IMG/VR virus record: IMGVR_UViG_3300017694_000005 | Location: 1-44,089 of that record | Direction: 5' to 3' (one strand) | Length of the DNA stretch: 44,089 nucleotides | Source of the DNA: a virus | Shown: positions 27,746-34,835 of the stretch, one piece after another | Layout of the letters: each line of letters starts with the position of its first letter | How positions within the stretch are numbered: position 1 is the first letter of the stretch | The notes under the pieces: model-generated | What the model saw: only the letters and a program-made list of their open reading frames with translations | Told to the model about the DNA's origin: nothing | Databases searched by the model: none | Translations under genes and position numbers: made by a program

Positions 27746-29142
27746 TGCGTGAAGCAGACTTACCCTCTCCGGGGATCGTGCAGAACTCGCAGCAGCTTAG
27801 GCGATTGGCAGCTACAACCCTAGGGCAACTAGAGGCTGTGGCAGTCAAGTCTCCATCGGGTCTCACCTCTGCCGCCCAGCTTCGGGCGTTCTTTCTGGCG
27901 TGCTCAAACAGCATCGCGGCGGGATCATTCTCAGCTACTGCTTTAGCAGCACGCAAATTCCTAGCTAGCTATAACGCAGCTAGCACACCTGCCCTACTCG
28001 ACGTTGCCCCAACTTTCTCGGTAGGGGCGGCTAACGACCCCTCTACCCTGCGAACCGCGAGCACTGTGTTGCAGAACGGTGGGCAGTATAACGTGGATAA
28101 TCCGCTGATTGAGGTTGTCGCCGGAGCTTTCGGGCTTAATGGCGGCACCAAATTCGTGGGTCAGGGTATGTCTAACGGCACCTCAACTCTTCGAGGCACT
28201 TATGGACAGACTTTCCGCTTTCGTACTAACTCGCCCTCATTTGACCTTGCCTATCAAGAAGGCGTGGTTGCTAGCCAAACTAACGTTGGTATAGCAGGCT
28301 ACGTCACTGATCCGGTGACGGGGGTTCGTAAGCGTATGCGCGCAGACGACTTCGCGAGTAATGATAACGCTGCCATGCGATATATCCGGTGGGATTTCGG
28401 AAGCGTCCAAGACAGGATAATCGAGCTTACGCTCACTCCCTCTGCACTTATCCGATCACTGAACCTGTCGCCTACCTATAGCCTTATCGCTCTACCTGCA
28501 CTGCCGGTGAAGCCCAAGGTTCTGTTCGTATGGGACAGTTACGGCGAGGCTACCATTTCTCAGGGTGCTATGACTACGGATGCAGTCAAGAAGGGTATCC
28601 TGCCTCAGATAGCAGAGCGCTTCGGCATCCCGTTTCCTCAAATGGCTCCTCGCGGAGGCACAGGCTTCCTTAATCCCGGCGGCTCTAACGGAACCTACGG
28701 GACACGCCGCAGCTTTGGTGACGTTACTCGTTACGGGCAGGTGGACTTATTCATGGCCCTTGGCTCGCTCAACGACGATGTAGGCATCAATGCTGCCTAC
28801 ACGGATAGCGCGCTATCAACTGCCATGACCGCCTACTTCACCGGCGCAGCTTCGGATCAGCCTAGCGCGCTAATTGTTGGTTCTGGTCCCGAAGCATCGA
28901 CTACTCGACCCGCCAACCAAACTCGGTGGAATATCATGAAAGCCGCGTTCCTCGCGGTAGCGGCGGCAGACCCTACTCCCGCCCGTTTCGTCTGGCTAGA
29001 CGGCTCTCCATCCGGTGACAACTGGTATAATGGGATTACCTCCGGGCCTGACAATACCCACCTTACTCGTGCAGACACCGACATAGTGGCTGGACGAATG
29101 ACAACCACTCTCTATAATGCCCTTACGGCATTGGCGGCATAG
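27745..29142 (+). CDS. SGNH/GDSL-family hydrolase (putative polysaccharide esterase/deacetylase) with the shared N-terminal module.
   Basis: 465 aa. SGNH blocks: VLFVWDSYGE (I), GSLNDD (III), GPDNTHLT (V). Confidence 0.75.
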   Translation: MREADLPSPGIVQNSQQLRRLAATTLGQLEAVAVKSPSGLTSAAQLRAFFLACSNSIAAGSFSATALAARKFLASYNAASTPALLDVAPTFSVGAANDPSTLRTASTVLQNGGQYNVDNPLIEVVAGAFGLNGGTKFVGQGMSNGTSTLRGTYGQTFRFRTNSPSFDLAYQEGVVASQTNVGIAGYVTDPVTGVRKRMRADDFASNDNAAMRYIRWDFGSVQDRIIELTLTPSALIRSLNLSPTYSLIALPALPVKPKVLFVWDSYGEATISQGAMTTDAVKKGILPQIAERFGIPFPQMAPRGGTGFLNPGGSNGTYGTRRSFGDVTRYGQVDLFMALGSLNDDVGINAAYTDSALSTAMTAYFTGAASDQPSALIVGSGPEASTTRPANQTRWNIMKAAFLAVAAADPTPARFVWLDGSPSGDNWYNGITSGPDNTHLTRADTDIVAGRMTTTLYNALTALAA

Positions 29143-29165
29143 GAATACAATAAGGATCAAGCGCC

Positions 29166-29480
29166 TTGCACAACCCTTTTCTATATCTAATGGGAGCCAT
29201 CGGGGCGCTAATCTATGCGTTCCCGATGTATCTCGCCAACAAGAGCAAGGTTCCGCCTGACACGCACCCGATACCTGCCTTAGCCTTCGCGATCTTCACT
29301 GGGGCCGTATTGGCCCCTTTGATTACGCCTGTGCTGGGTAAGCGTTGGCCGTTCATGGTGGACCCTGAACCTTATCCGCTGGCCTTCGTTTTGGGCCTTC
29401 TCGCTAACCCTATCGTTCCCGTGTTCGTGCGCAAAGCAACGGGCTGGGCCGAAGCCTACCAGATTGGAGGCAAGAAGTAA
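29166..29480 (+). CDS. Holin-like membrane protein (3 TM). An alternative ATG start lies at 29190.
   Basis: 104 aa with three hydrophobic segments. First gene of the lysis cassette. Confidence 0.6.
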   Translation: MHNPFLYLMGAIGALIYAFPMYLANKSKVPPDTHPIPALAFAIFTGAVLAPLITPVLGKRWPFMVDPEPYPLAFVLGLLANPIVPVFVRKATGWAEAYQIGGKK

Positions 29481-29818
29481 TGACCATTATGACTAACACC
29501 TTGCTCGCAGGAGCGGCGTACGTTCTAGCGGGCATATTCGGGCTTATCCGGCACTTCATGCTGGAACCCAAGGTTCAGGCAATGCCTCGCGCACCTACTT
29601 GGCTGCTGCACGTATTCTTCTGCTTTTCGGCGGTTCTGGTCTACGTGGGGCTTCGGTTCCTGTGGGCGTGGGGCACCAACAGCGCGATGACTTCTCCACC
29701 CGGAGCAACTGGCATGGGACTGCTTATGGCTATCTCCCTGCTGGTCTACAAGGCGTCCCTGCTTAAGGACGCTACCAGCCAGTACCGCCTGTCGGGCGAG
29801 ATTTGGAGGCACTCTTGA
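29480..29818 (+). CDS. Second 3-TM membrane protein (holin/antiholin-like).
   Basis: 112 aa with a TAATG overlap. Three hydrophobic segments. Confidence 0.55.
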   Translation: MTIMTNTLLAGAAYVLAGIFGLIRHFMLEPKVQAMPRAPTWLLHVFFCFSAVLVYVGLRFLWAWGTNSAMTSPPGATGMGLLMAISLLVYKASLLKDATSQYRLSGEIWRHS

Positions 29819-30402
29819 ATATCGAAGAAATCAAGGCTCTACAGCGAGGCGTCGGCGTAACTGCCGATGGCCTCATGGGTCGGGGCACTCTGGCGGCAAC
29901 GTTCCGCGCAATGGGTGCTAAGCCTGCTATCGCTGACGCCCTCGCCTTCGCGGGCAACGTCTGGCTGGCCAAGATCGGCGTACTGGACAGCAAGCTCCGC
30001 TTCTGCCACCACATCGCCCAGCTTGCCCACGAGAGCGACAACTTCAACGCAATGGAGGAGTACGCTTCCGGCCAAGCCTATGAGGGCCGTGCAGACCTTG
30101 GCAACACCGAGCCGGGTGACGGCAAGCGGTTCAAGGGCCGTGGTCCGATCCAGTGTACCGGCCGCAACAACTACCGCAAGTACGGTCGCCTACTGGGCAT
30201 TAACATCGAAGCGAAGCCCACTCTGGTCAGCGACCCTGAGATTGGCTACGCCGTTGCTTGCCTCTACTGGGACGCCAACAACCTCAATCGTTTCGCTGAC
30301 GCGGACGATATTGACACGCTGACCCGCCGGATCAACGGTGGCACTAACGGCCTCGCAGACCGCAAGGCTAAGCTCAACAAGGTGCGGGGGCTGTTCCGAT
30401 GA
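29803..30402 (+). CDS. Endolysin: PG_binding_1-like N-domain plus a glycoside hydrolase family 19 catalytic domain. The likelier start is the TTG at 29815, 5 nt after GGAGG.
   Basis: Motifs: IKALQRGVGVTADGLMGRGT, and AHESDNFNAMEEYASGQAYEGRADLGNTEPGDGKRFKGRGPIQCTGRNNYRKYG. Confidence 0.9.
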   Translation: MEALLNIEEIKALQRGVGVTADGLMGRGTLAATFRAMGAKPAIADALAFAGNVWLAKIGVLDSKLRFCHHIAQLAHESDNFNAMEEYASGQAYEGRADLGNTEPGDGKRFKGRGPIQCTGRNNYRKYGRLLGINIEAKPTLVSDPEIGYAVACLYWDANNLNRFADADDIDTLTRRINGGTNGLADRKAKLNKVRGLFR

Positions 30403-30779
30403 ACGTCGCCGCTGCCCTCCTGTGGGCGAAGTCGAACTGGAAGGGCCTCCTGATGGCCGCTATTTTGGCCAGCGCGCTGATCTGGGGTGGGTCGAAGGCT
30501 ATCCAGGTCAGCAAGTACCGGGCCTCCCTCGAACGCTCTCAGACGGCCTTACAGGACGCCTCTCGGGCGCTCACCGAGGCCAAGCGGGCCATCGAGTTGC
30601 AGACGACTATCCGTAAGGCGGATCAGACCGCCATCGAGACACGAACGGTCTATGTGGACCGAGTTATACAGAAGGAGGCCGAGGGCCGTGCAGAAACTGA
30701 TAAGGCGCTCGAAGCGAACCCTGCGTGGCGCGATAGTCGCGTACCTGCTGATGTTCTCAGTAGCTTGCGCACCGAGTAA
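30399..30779 (+). CDS. Rz: i-spanin (Rz-like).
   Basis: 126 aa. N-terminal TM (LLMAAILASALIWGG) followed by a charged coiled-coil region. ATGA coupling to the endolysin gene. Confidence 0.75.
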   Translation: MNVAAALLWAKSNWKGLLMAAILASALIWGGSKAIQVSKYRASLERSQTALQDASRALTEAKRAIELQTTIRKADQTAIETRTVYVDRVIQKEAEGRAETDKALEANPAWRDSRVPADVLSSLRTE

Positions 30780-30966
30780 GACCATTAGCATACCAACGCC
30801 CGTGGTTCCGCCTGCTTCTCTCATGCAGGACTGCAAGGAGACCCCTGTGCGCTTGGAGACCAATGGCGATCTCGTCATCAAGCTCCGTTCGCTCCGGTTG
30901 GACCTTAAGGTTTGCAACGAGGATAAGCGGGCATTGCGGGATTGGTCCGCTCAGGTCAGCCAGTAA
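30688..30966 (+). CDS. Rz1: o-spanin (Rz1-like lipoprotein), overlapping the 3' end of Rz in another frame.
   Basis: GTG 9 nt after AAGGAGG. Signal peptide MQKLIRRSKRTLRGAIVAYLLMFSVAC followed by a Pro-rich mature part (APSKTISIPTPVVPPAS). Confidence 0.65.
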   Translation: MQKLIRRSKRTLRGAIVAYLLMFSVACAPSKTISIPTPVVPPASLMQDCKETPVRLETNGDLVIKLRSLRLDLKVCNEDKRALRDWSAQVSQ

Positions 30967-31252
30967 TAGGTAAGGTCGGGTGATCTTCGGGTCAACCCGG
31001 CCATCCTCCCGCTTGCGCAGGAGTAGCCCTTCACGGCCTGAATTTGATACCGGTATGCGAAGGGGCACCTCAGACCAGAAGTGCGCGTAAATTCCCCCGT
31101 ACGGCCCTCGTGTTGCCTGCCAAAGCATAGGGGCTGATCGGTTAGGCTCTTGATGACATGCAAGGTAGGGCCGGTATTGCCTGATGTCAACACGCTTTCT
31201 CGAATTTATTTGAGCGTAAGGGCGGGGCGTATCTGTCTTTCTTTTCGTGTTG

Positions 31253-31269
31253 TTGGCACGGTCCTTGCT
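31253..31269 (+). promoter_or_regulatory. Sequence matching the sigma-54 -24/-12 promoter consensus (TTGGCACGgtccTTGCT).
   Basis: Every specified position of YTGGCACGrNNNTTGCW is matched. Function is unproven. Confidence 0.3.
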
Positions 31270-31310
31270 ACGCGCAACGCGGGTATCTGTTTGGCTTTGG
31301 GCCTAGTCCT

Positions 31311-31332
31311 ATTATGGACGCTCTAGAGAAAG
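31311..31332 (+). promoter_or_regulatory. Copy B of the exact 22-mer, within the ORF-free region.
   Basis: Identical to 7052-7073 and 19571-19592. It shares extra flanking similarity with copy A (TCC upstream; TATCTATAT and GAGAC(A)GGG downstream). Confidence 0.5.
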
Positions 31333-31452
31333 GGCGCACGGCTAACCGGGCTGGCGATCCCATATCTATATTCACCGGCGGAGACGGGTTGCACCCTGAT
31401 AGGCTGAGCGGCGCTAGCTGGCATGGTCGGCGGCGATCACTGGCCCGGTGAA

Positions 31453-31492
31453 CCTATGGGCCGTCCTATGGCTTGCTATGGCGATCCTATGG
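31453..31492 (+). repeat. Array of four phased heptamer repeats, CCTATGG / GCTATGG.
   Basis: Copies start at 31453, 31465, 31475 and 31486 (spacing 12, 10, 11 nt). A fifth isolated CCTATGG lies at 32138. Confidence 0.8.
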
Positions 31493-32221
31493 CACTTCCC
31501 GGCCCTGATATGGTCAAGCACTATGCTGACAGGCAAGAAAGATCGCTGATAAATCAACGGCATAGAAGAAAGTTTGGCCTAGATGCAAAATTAAGGCTTG
31601 CAGGATGAAAACGGCACGCCTAGATAGGGATCACCGGAAGGGGAACGGCGCAAGCCAACCTCTTCTAGCCAGCGGGGAAGTCCCTAGCACAAGCTGGCCT
31701 AATGGTCCCTAGCAATAGGGGAGGAGCGGGAACGGAACTAGTCCAGCGGGATACTAGCAAGCGAACGATACCAAGGTTTGCAAAATAAAGTTCAATGCGG
31801 GGATTGACCACCGCGAAAACCTAGCCTAGCTAGGAAACTACATAGGGCGATAAGCCTGCCTCTATCCAAGGCGAAGGATCAATCTGGATAGCAAGCTAAG
31901 CGGTGACGCAAGGCGAGACAAGGGCGGTGGATAGCCTAAGCCATTACTGGCTAGACGTGCAACAGATGGACACCGGGATAACCGGCTGGCGAAAGCCCTC
32001 TTAGCATGGTCTAGTGCCTAGCGTCGGGATGACTGACTAGGCAACAGCGGCGCGTTAGTTGGGAAACACGGGTGCCTTACGCATCCAGACCCTGACGAAA
32101 GATTGAGCACGATTGCTTAGTCGCTAGAGACGTAGGGCCTATGGCTTAAGCGCACTCAGCAAGCCGTTGATACGATAGCGGCATGACTAACCGATTGTGG
32201 CTCAATCAATTAACTCTAGCC

Positions 32222-32267
32222 TAGTGCGGCAATGGCCTAACGGTCCTTGATTAAGATTGCCGCACTA
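32222..32267. repeat. Perfect 12-bp inverted repeat TAGTGCGGCAAT / ATTGCCGCACTA with a 22-nt spacer.
   Basis: Arms at 32222-32233 and 32256-32267, 56 nt upstream of the first early ORF. Confidence 0.8.
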
Positions 32268-32322
32268 ATGATAAGGGCAGGCGATAGTGCCTGTCTTTAT
32301 GATTAGACAAACTGGGTGACTT

Positions 32323-32472
32323 ATGACTGATAAGCGTAAGGCGGACCTTTGCGGTATCGCTATCATCGGCGCGGTTGTGCTGGCCCTTGGTGCCATGTTT
32401 TATGGTGCCTATCAGCAGGACAAAGCCAACGGTATTTCCATCAGCCAGAGCCTTAAGGCCAACGGTTTCTAA
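32323..32472 (+). CDS. Small early membrane protein (49 aa).
   Basis: MTDKRKADLCGIAIIGAVVLALGAMFYGAY... contains one TM segment. Below the ORF-track cut-off. Weak RBS. Confidence 0.45.
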   Translation: MTDKRKADLCGIAIIGAVVLALGAMFYGAYQQDKANGISISQSLKANGF

Positions 32473-32486
32473 GAGGAGTAACGACG

Positions 32487-32621
32487 ATGTTCTATTCTGA
32501 CCGGAAGAATGCCGATAAGGCTGCGCGTAAGGAGTATGAGGAGACGGGTGTGGCGGTGCTGGTTCATCAGGAAAAGCCGGGCCGCTTCGTGCTTCACTCC
32601 GTCCCGCTGAACGTGGTTTGA
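32487..32621 (+). CDS. Small early protein (44 aa).
   Basis: ATG 8 nt after AAGAGGAG. Below the ORF-track cut-off. Confidence 0.55.
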   Translation: MFYSDRKNADKAARKEYEETGVAVLVHQEKPGRFVLHSVPLNVV

Positions 32622-32701
32622 TCGCACTTTGCGGCACTCTAGTTAAGGCATGACGTGTTCGTGCCTTAATGTGAATACCGTAGAACCTAGAGGAACCTAT
32701 C

Positions 32702-33313
32702 ATGACCAAGACCCCCGACTTCTTCGCTGACCTCGCCGCTGCCACCACCTCGCTCAAGGTCGATGGACGCTATGACTTGGGCAAGCTAAAGGACAAGAGC
32801 GCGTCGATTGCTCGCCGTGGCTACAAGCTGGACGTGGACATCCACGCTGTTGCGGTGGCGTGCCTTGAGTTCGCCATGCCTGCCGAGTTGGCCGAGGAAG
32901 GTGCCAAGAACGCCGAGCCTGCACGCCAGTTGCTTGCTTCGATGCCCAAGGGGAGCCGCGCCAAGACGCTGGCCGACTGGTTTGAGGCGCACAGCAACGT
33001 CCGGCTCAAGATGGGCAAGGACGGCAAGTGGTCGGCGGGTATCGCCAAGGGGCAGATGGCCCACGAGGATGACAAGCTGCGCGAGTTGGCCACGGCTGGC
33101 AAGAACAAGCCCTTCTTCGACGTGGCAGAGAAGACCAACGGGGCGCAAGCGTTCGATCTGACTTCCATGCTGGCGAACTTCTTCTCCAAGGCAGACGCCG
33201 CCATCAAGTCGGGCAAGATCGACGACACGGCGCTGGAAGGGGTCGAGAAGCTGCGCGACTTCGCTAAGGCCAATGGCCTGCCGACCGAGAAGGTCAAGGC
33301 GACTGCCGCCTAA
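32702..33313 (+). CDS. Hypothetical early protein (203 aa).
   Basis: ORF with an upstream GAGG. No motif recognised. Confidence 0.7.
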   Translation: MTKTPDFFADLAAATTSLKVDGRYDLGKLKDKSASIARRGYKLDVDIHAVAVACLEFAMPAELAEEGAKNAEPARQLLASMPKGSRAKTLADWFEAHSNVRLKMGKDGKWSAGIAKGQMAHEDDKLRELATAGKNKPFFDVAEKTNGAQAFDLTSMLANFFSKADAAIKSGKIDDTALEGVEKLRDFAKANGLPTEKVKATAA

Positions 33314-33380
33314 GCCGGGTCTTTCCCACTTCACAACCTAGGCACGCTCAAGTGACGGGCGTGCCGTAGGAGCTACGATT

Positions 33381-33983
33381 ATGCATACGCAATCTGCAAT
33401 CCGCTTGGGCATTGACCTTTCGCTGGCGAGCGGTCGAGACCTGTTCGACCTTGTGGTGCAACGCCGCAGTTACATTTCCAGCATGGTTCCGGTGCCCAAG
33501 CAGCACGAGCAGGCTCTGGCCCTCCTATGCAAGCACGCTCCGGTTGTGCGGGAGCGCTCTTACCTCATGGCGGCAGCGTGGTTTACTGACTGGTCCAGCG
33601 CCAACGACAGAAAGGGTGACGGGCCTAGCTGCTGGATTGCGCCCAAGGGCATGATCTATCCTATCGAGCACGCTAATCACAGCTACTTTGCCAGCTTGGC
33701 AGGGCTGGATGGCTGCACAAGTCCGCTTGAGCGCGCCGGTTGGCTGCATGTCAGCGGTGGGCGGATCGACGTTATGTTCGAGCCGACCAGCTTGCAGCGC
33801 AAGGCGCTCGACAAGATCAAGGCTTGGGGTGGCAGGCACGAGCTTAAGGAGGTTAGCCGGGATCATCAGCGCGAACTGGGTAACGTAAAGCTGAACCGAC
33901 TTGATCGGGTGCCGCGCGACAACTTCGAGCCTGACGCGAACTTTTGGGCTGACGAACATTCTAATAAGGAGCAAGAAGCATGA
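33381..33983 (+). CDS. Hypothetical early protein (200 aa).
   Basis: ATG 8 nt after TAGGAG. No motif recognised. Confidence 0.7.
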   Translation: MHTQSAIRLGIDLSLASGRDLFDLVVQRRSYISSMVPVPKQHEQALALLCKHAPVVRERSYLMAAAWFTDWSSANDRKGDGPSCWIAPKGMIYPIEHANHSYFASLAGLDGCTSPLERAGWLHVSGGRIDVMFEPTSLQRKALDKIKAWGGRHELKEVSRDHQRELGNVKLNRLDRVPRDNFEPDANFWADEHSNKEQEA

Positions 33984-34141
33984 TCGGAACTATCGTTATC
34001 GGCTCGGGCCGCAATCGTCGCATCGTCGAGCGTGAGCGTAACCGCGATTTCAGCAAGCTCGTTGCTAAGGCAATCTGCGAACACATCGGGATCGTGCCAC
34101 GCTTCCAGTCTGCGGCTCGCAAGCGCAATCGTTCCGCGTGA
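33980..34141 (+). CDS. Small basic protein (53 aa).
   Basis: ATGA overlap with the upstream stop and an AAGGAG RBS. Arg-rich (RNRRIVERERNR..., ...ARKRNRSA). Confidence 0.5.
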   Translation: MIGTIVIGSGRNRRIVERERNRDFSKLVAKAICEHIGIVPRFQSAARKRNRSA

Positions 34142-34247
34142 ACGATAGGAACAGGCTGGCCATCGCCCTAATGCAGGCGCGGTGGCTGGCTGCGTACTCT
34201 CAACGACAGTTTGTGCGGTGCCGTTCACCGCAGGAGACACCACCACC

Positions 34248-34835
34248 ATGCCCACCTTCCAACAAAACCCGGTTGATGCTGGTCTCAACGTAGCAGTCAA
34301 GCATATGGCCCGACGCCTGCATCCCACCGGCTGGGATCAGGTCAAGCGGTTCGATGAAGCGCCCACCACACTGGACGCCGTTCTGGCTTATTACCAGCAA
34401 CATGGCCGCGTCTGCATCGCAGAGGAGGATAGCGATGGCACGATATACGATTGTGCCGATACCAACCACCATCTGCGCGCTTGGCATGACGCCGTGCATG
34501 TTATTCACTGCTTCGCCTTCAACGCGGCGGGAGAGGCTGCTGCCGTCTATGTCCAGATTGCGCAATTGGCGGCGGTGTACGGCATTAACGACAGGACGCG
34601 GCAATGGGTTCCGCTGCTCATGGCGGACATTCTCGGGCTGGTTCACTACCATCACCGCACGAATGGCTGGCCTATGGACAAGCGGACGTGGACGCTGAAC
34701 GAGGCAACTCGCTGGACTATCGAAGCCGGGGCGCTGCTCGACGTGCTTGAGGCAGATGATCCGAGCAACTACGAGGCGACTGCAATCGAACGTGCCCGCC
34801 TCAAGTGGGGCTTTCCTTGGGAGTTAGACGCATGA
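34248..34835 (+). CDS. Hypothetical early protein. An alternative GTG start lies at 34182.
   Basis: ATG 10 nt after AGGAGA. No motif recognised. Confidence 0.65.
   Translation: MPTFQQNPVDAGLNVAVKHMARRLHPTGWDQVKRFDEAPTTLDAVLAYYQQHGRVCIAEEDSDGTIYDCADTNHHLRAWHDAVHVIHCFAFNAAGEAAAVYVQIAQLAAVYGINDRTRQWVPLLMADILGLVHYHHRTNGWPMDKRTWTLNEATRWTIEAGALLDVLEADDPSNYEATAIERARLKWGFPWELDA

Larger units (their letters stand above)
30967..32322. other. 1.36-kb ORF-free, repeat-rich region. It probably contains the physical genome ends, the collapsed terminal repeat and early control signals.
   Basis: No credible ORF on the + strand. It lies between the lysis cassette and the first early genes, which is where phiKMV/T7-type termini fall. 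Confidence 0.6.

Noticed and set aside
30757-31193. Two minus-strand ORFs (123 and 80 aa) downstream of the spanins.
   Set aside because: They are on the opposite strand to every supported gene. One overlaps Rz1. No RBS or motif was seen.
31453-31492. Possible CRISPR-like array.
   Set aside because: The repeats are only 7 nt long with 3-5 nt between them, so there is no repeat-spacer architecture. No cas genes are present.
31423-31608. 61-aa + strand ORF in the ORF-free region.
   Set aside because: There is no RBS. Its reiterated Pro-Met content is simply the translation of the CCTATGG repeat array, so it is better explained as non-coding repeats.
31804-31838. Sigma-70-type early promoters, for example TTGACC at 31804 with TAGCTA 17 nt downstream, and TATGAT at 32297.
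   Set aside because: Each candidate has only one acceptable hexamer, and the partner element is poor. The host is unknown, so I cannot support any specific sigma-70 promoter call.
32251-32757. 168-aa minus-strand ORF spanning the start of the early region.
   Set aside because: It overlaps two RBS-preceded + strand mini-ORFs and the start of 32702-33313. All other genes are on the + strand. Its composition is low-complexity and Pro/Ser/Arg-rich.
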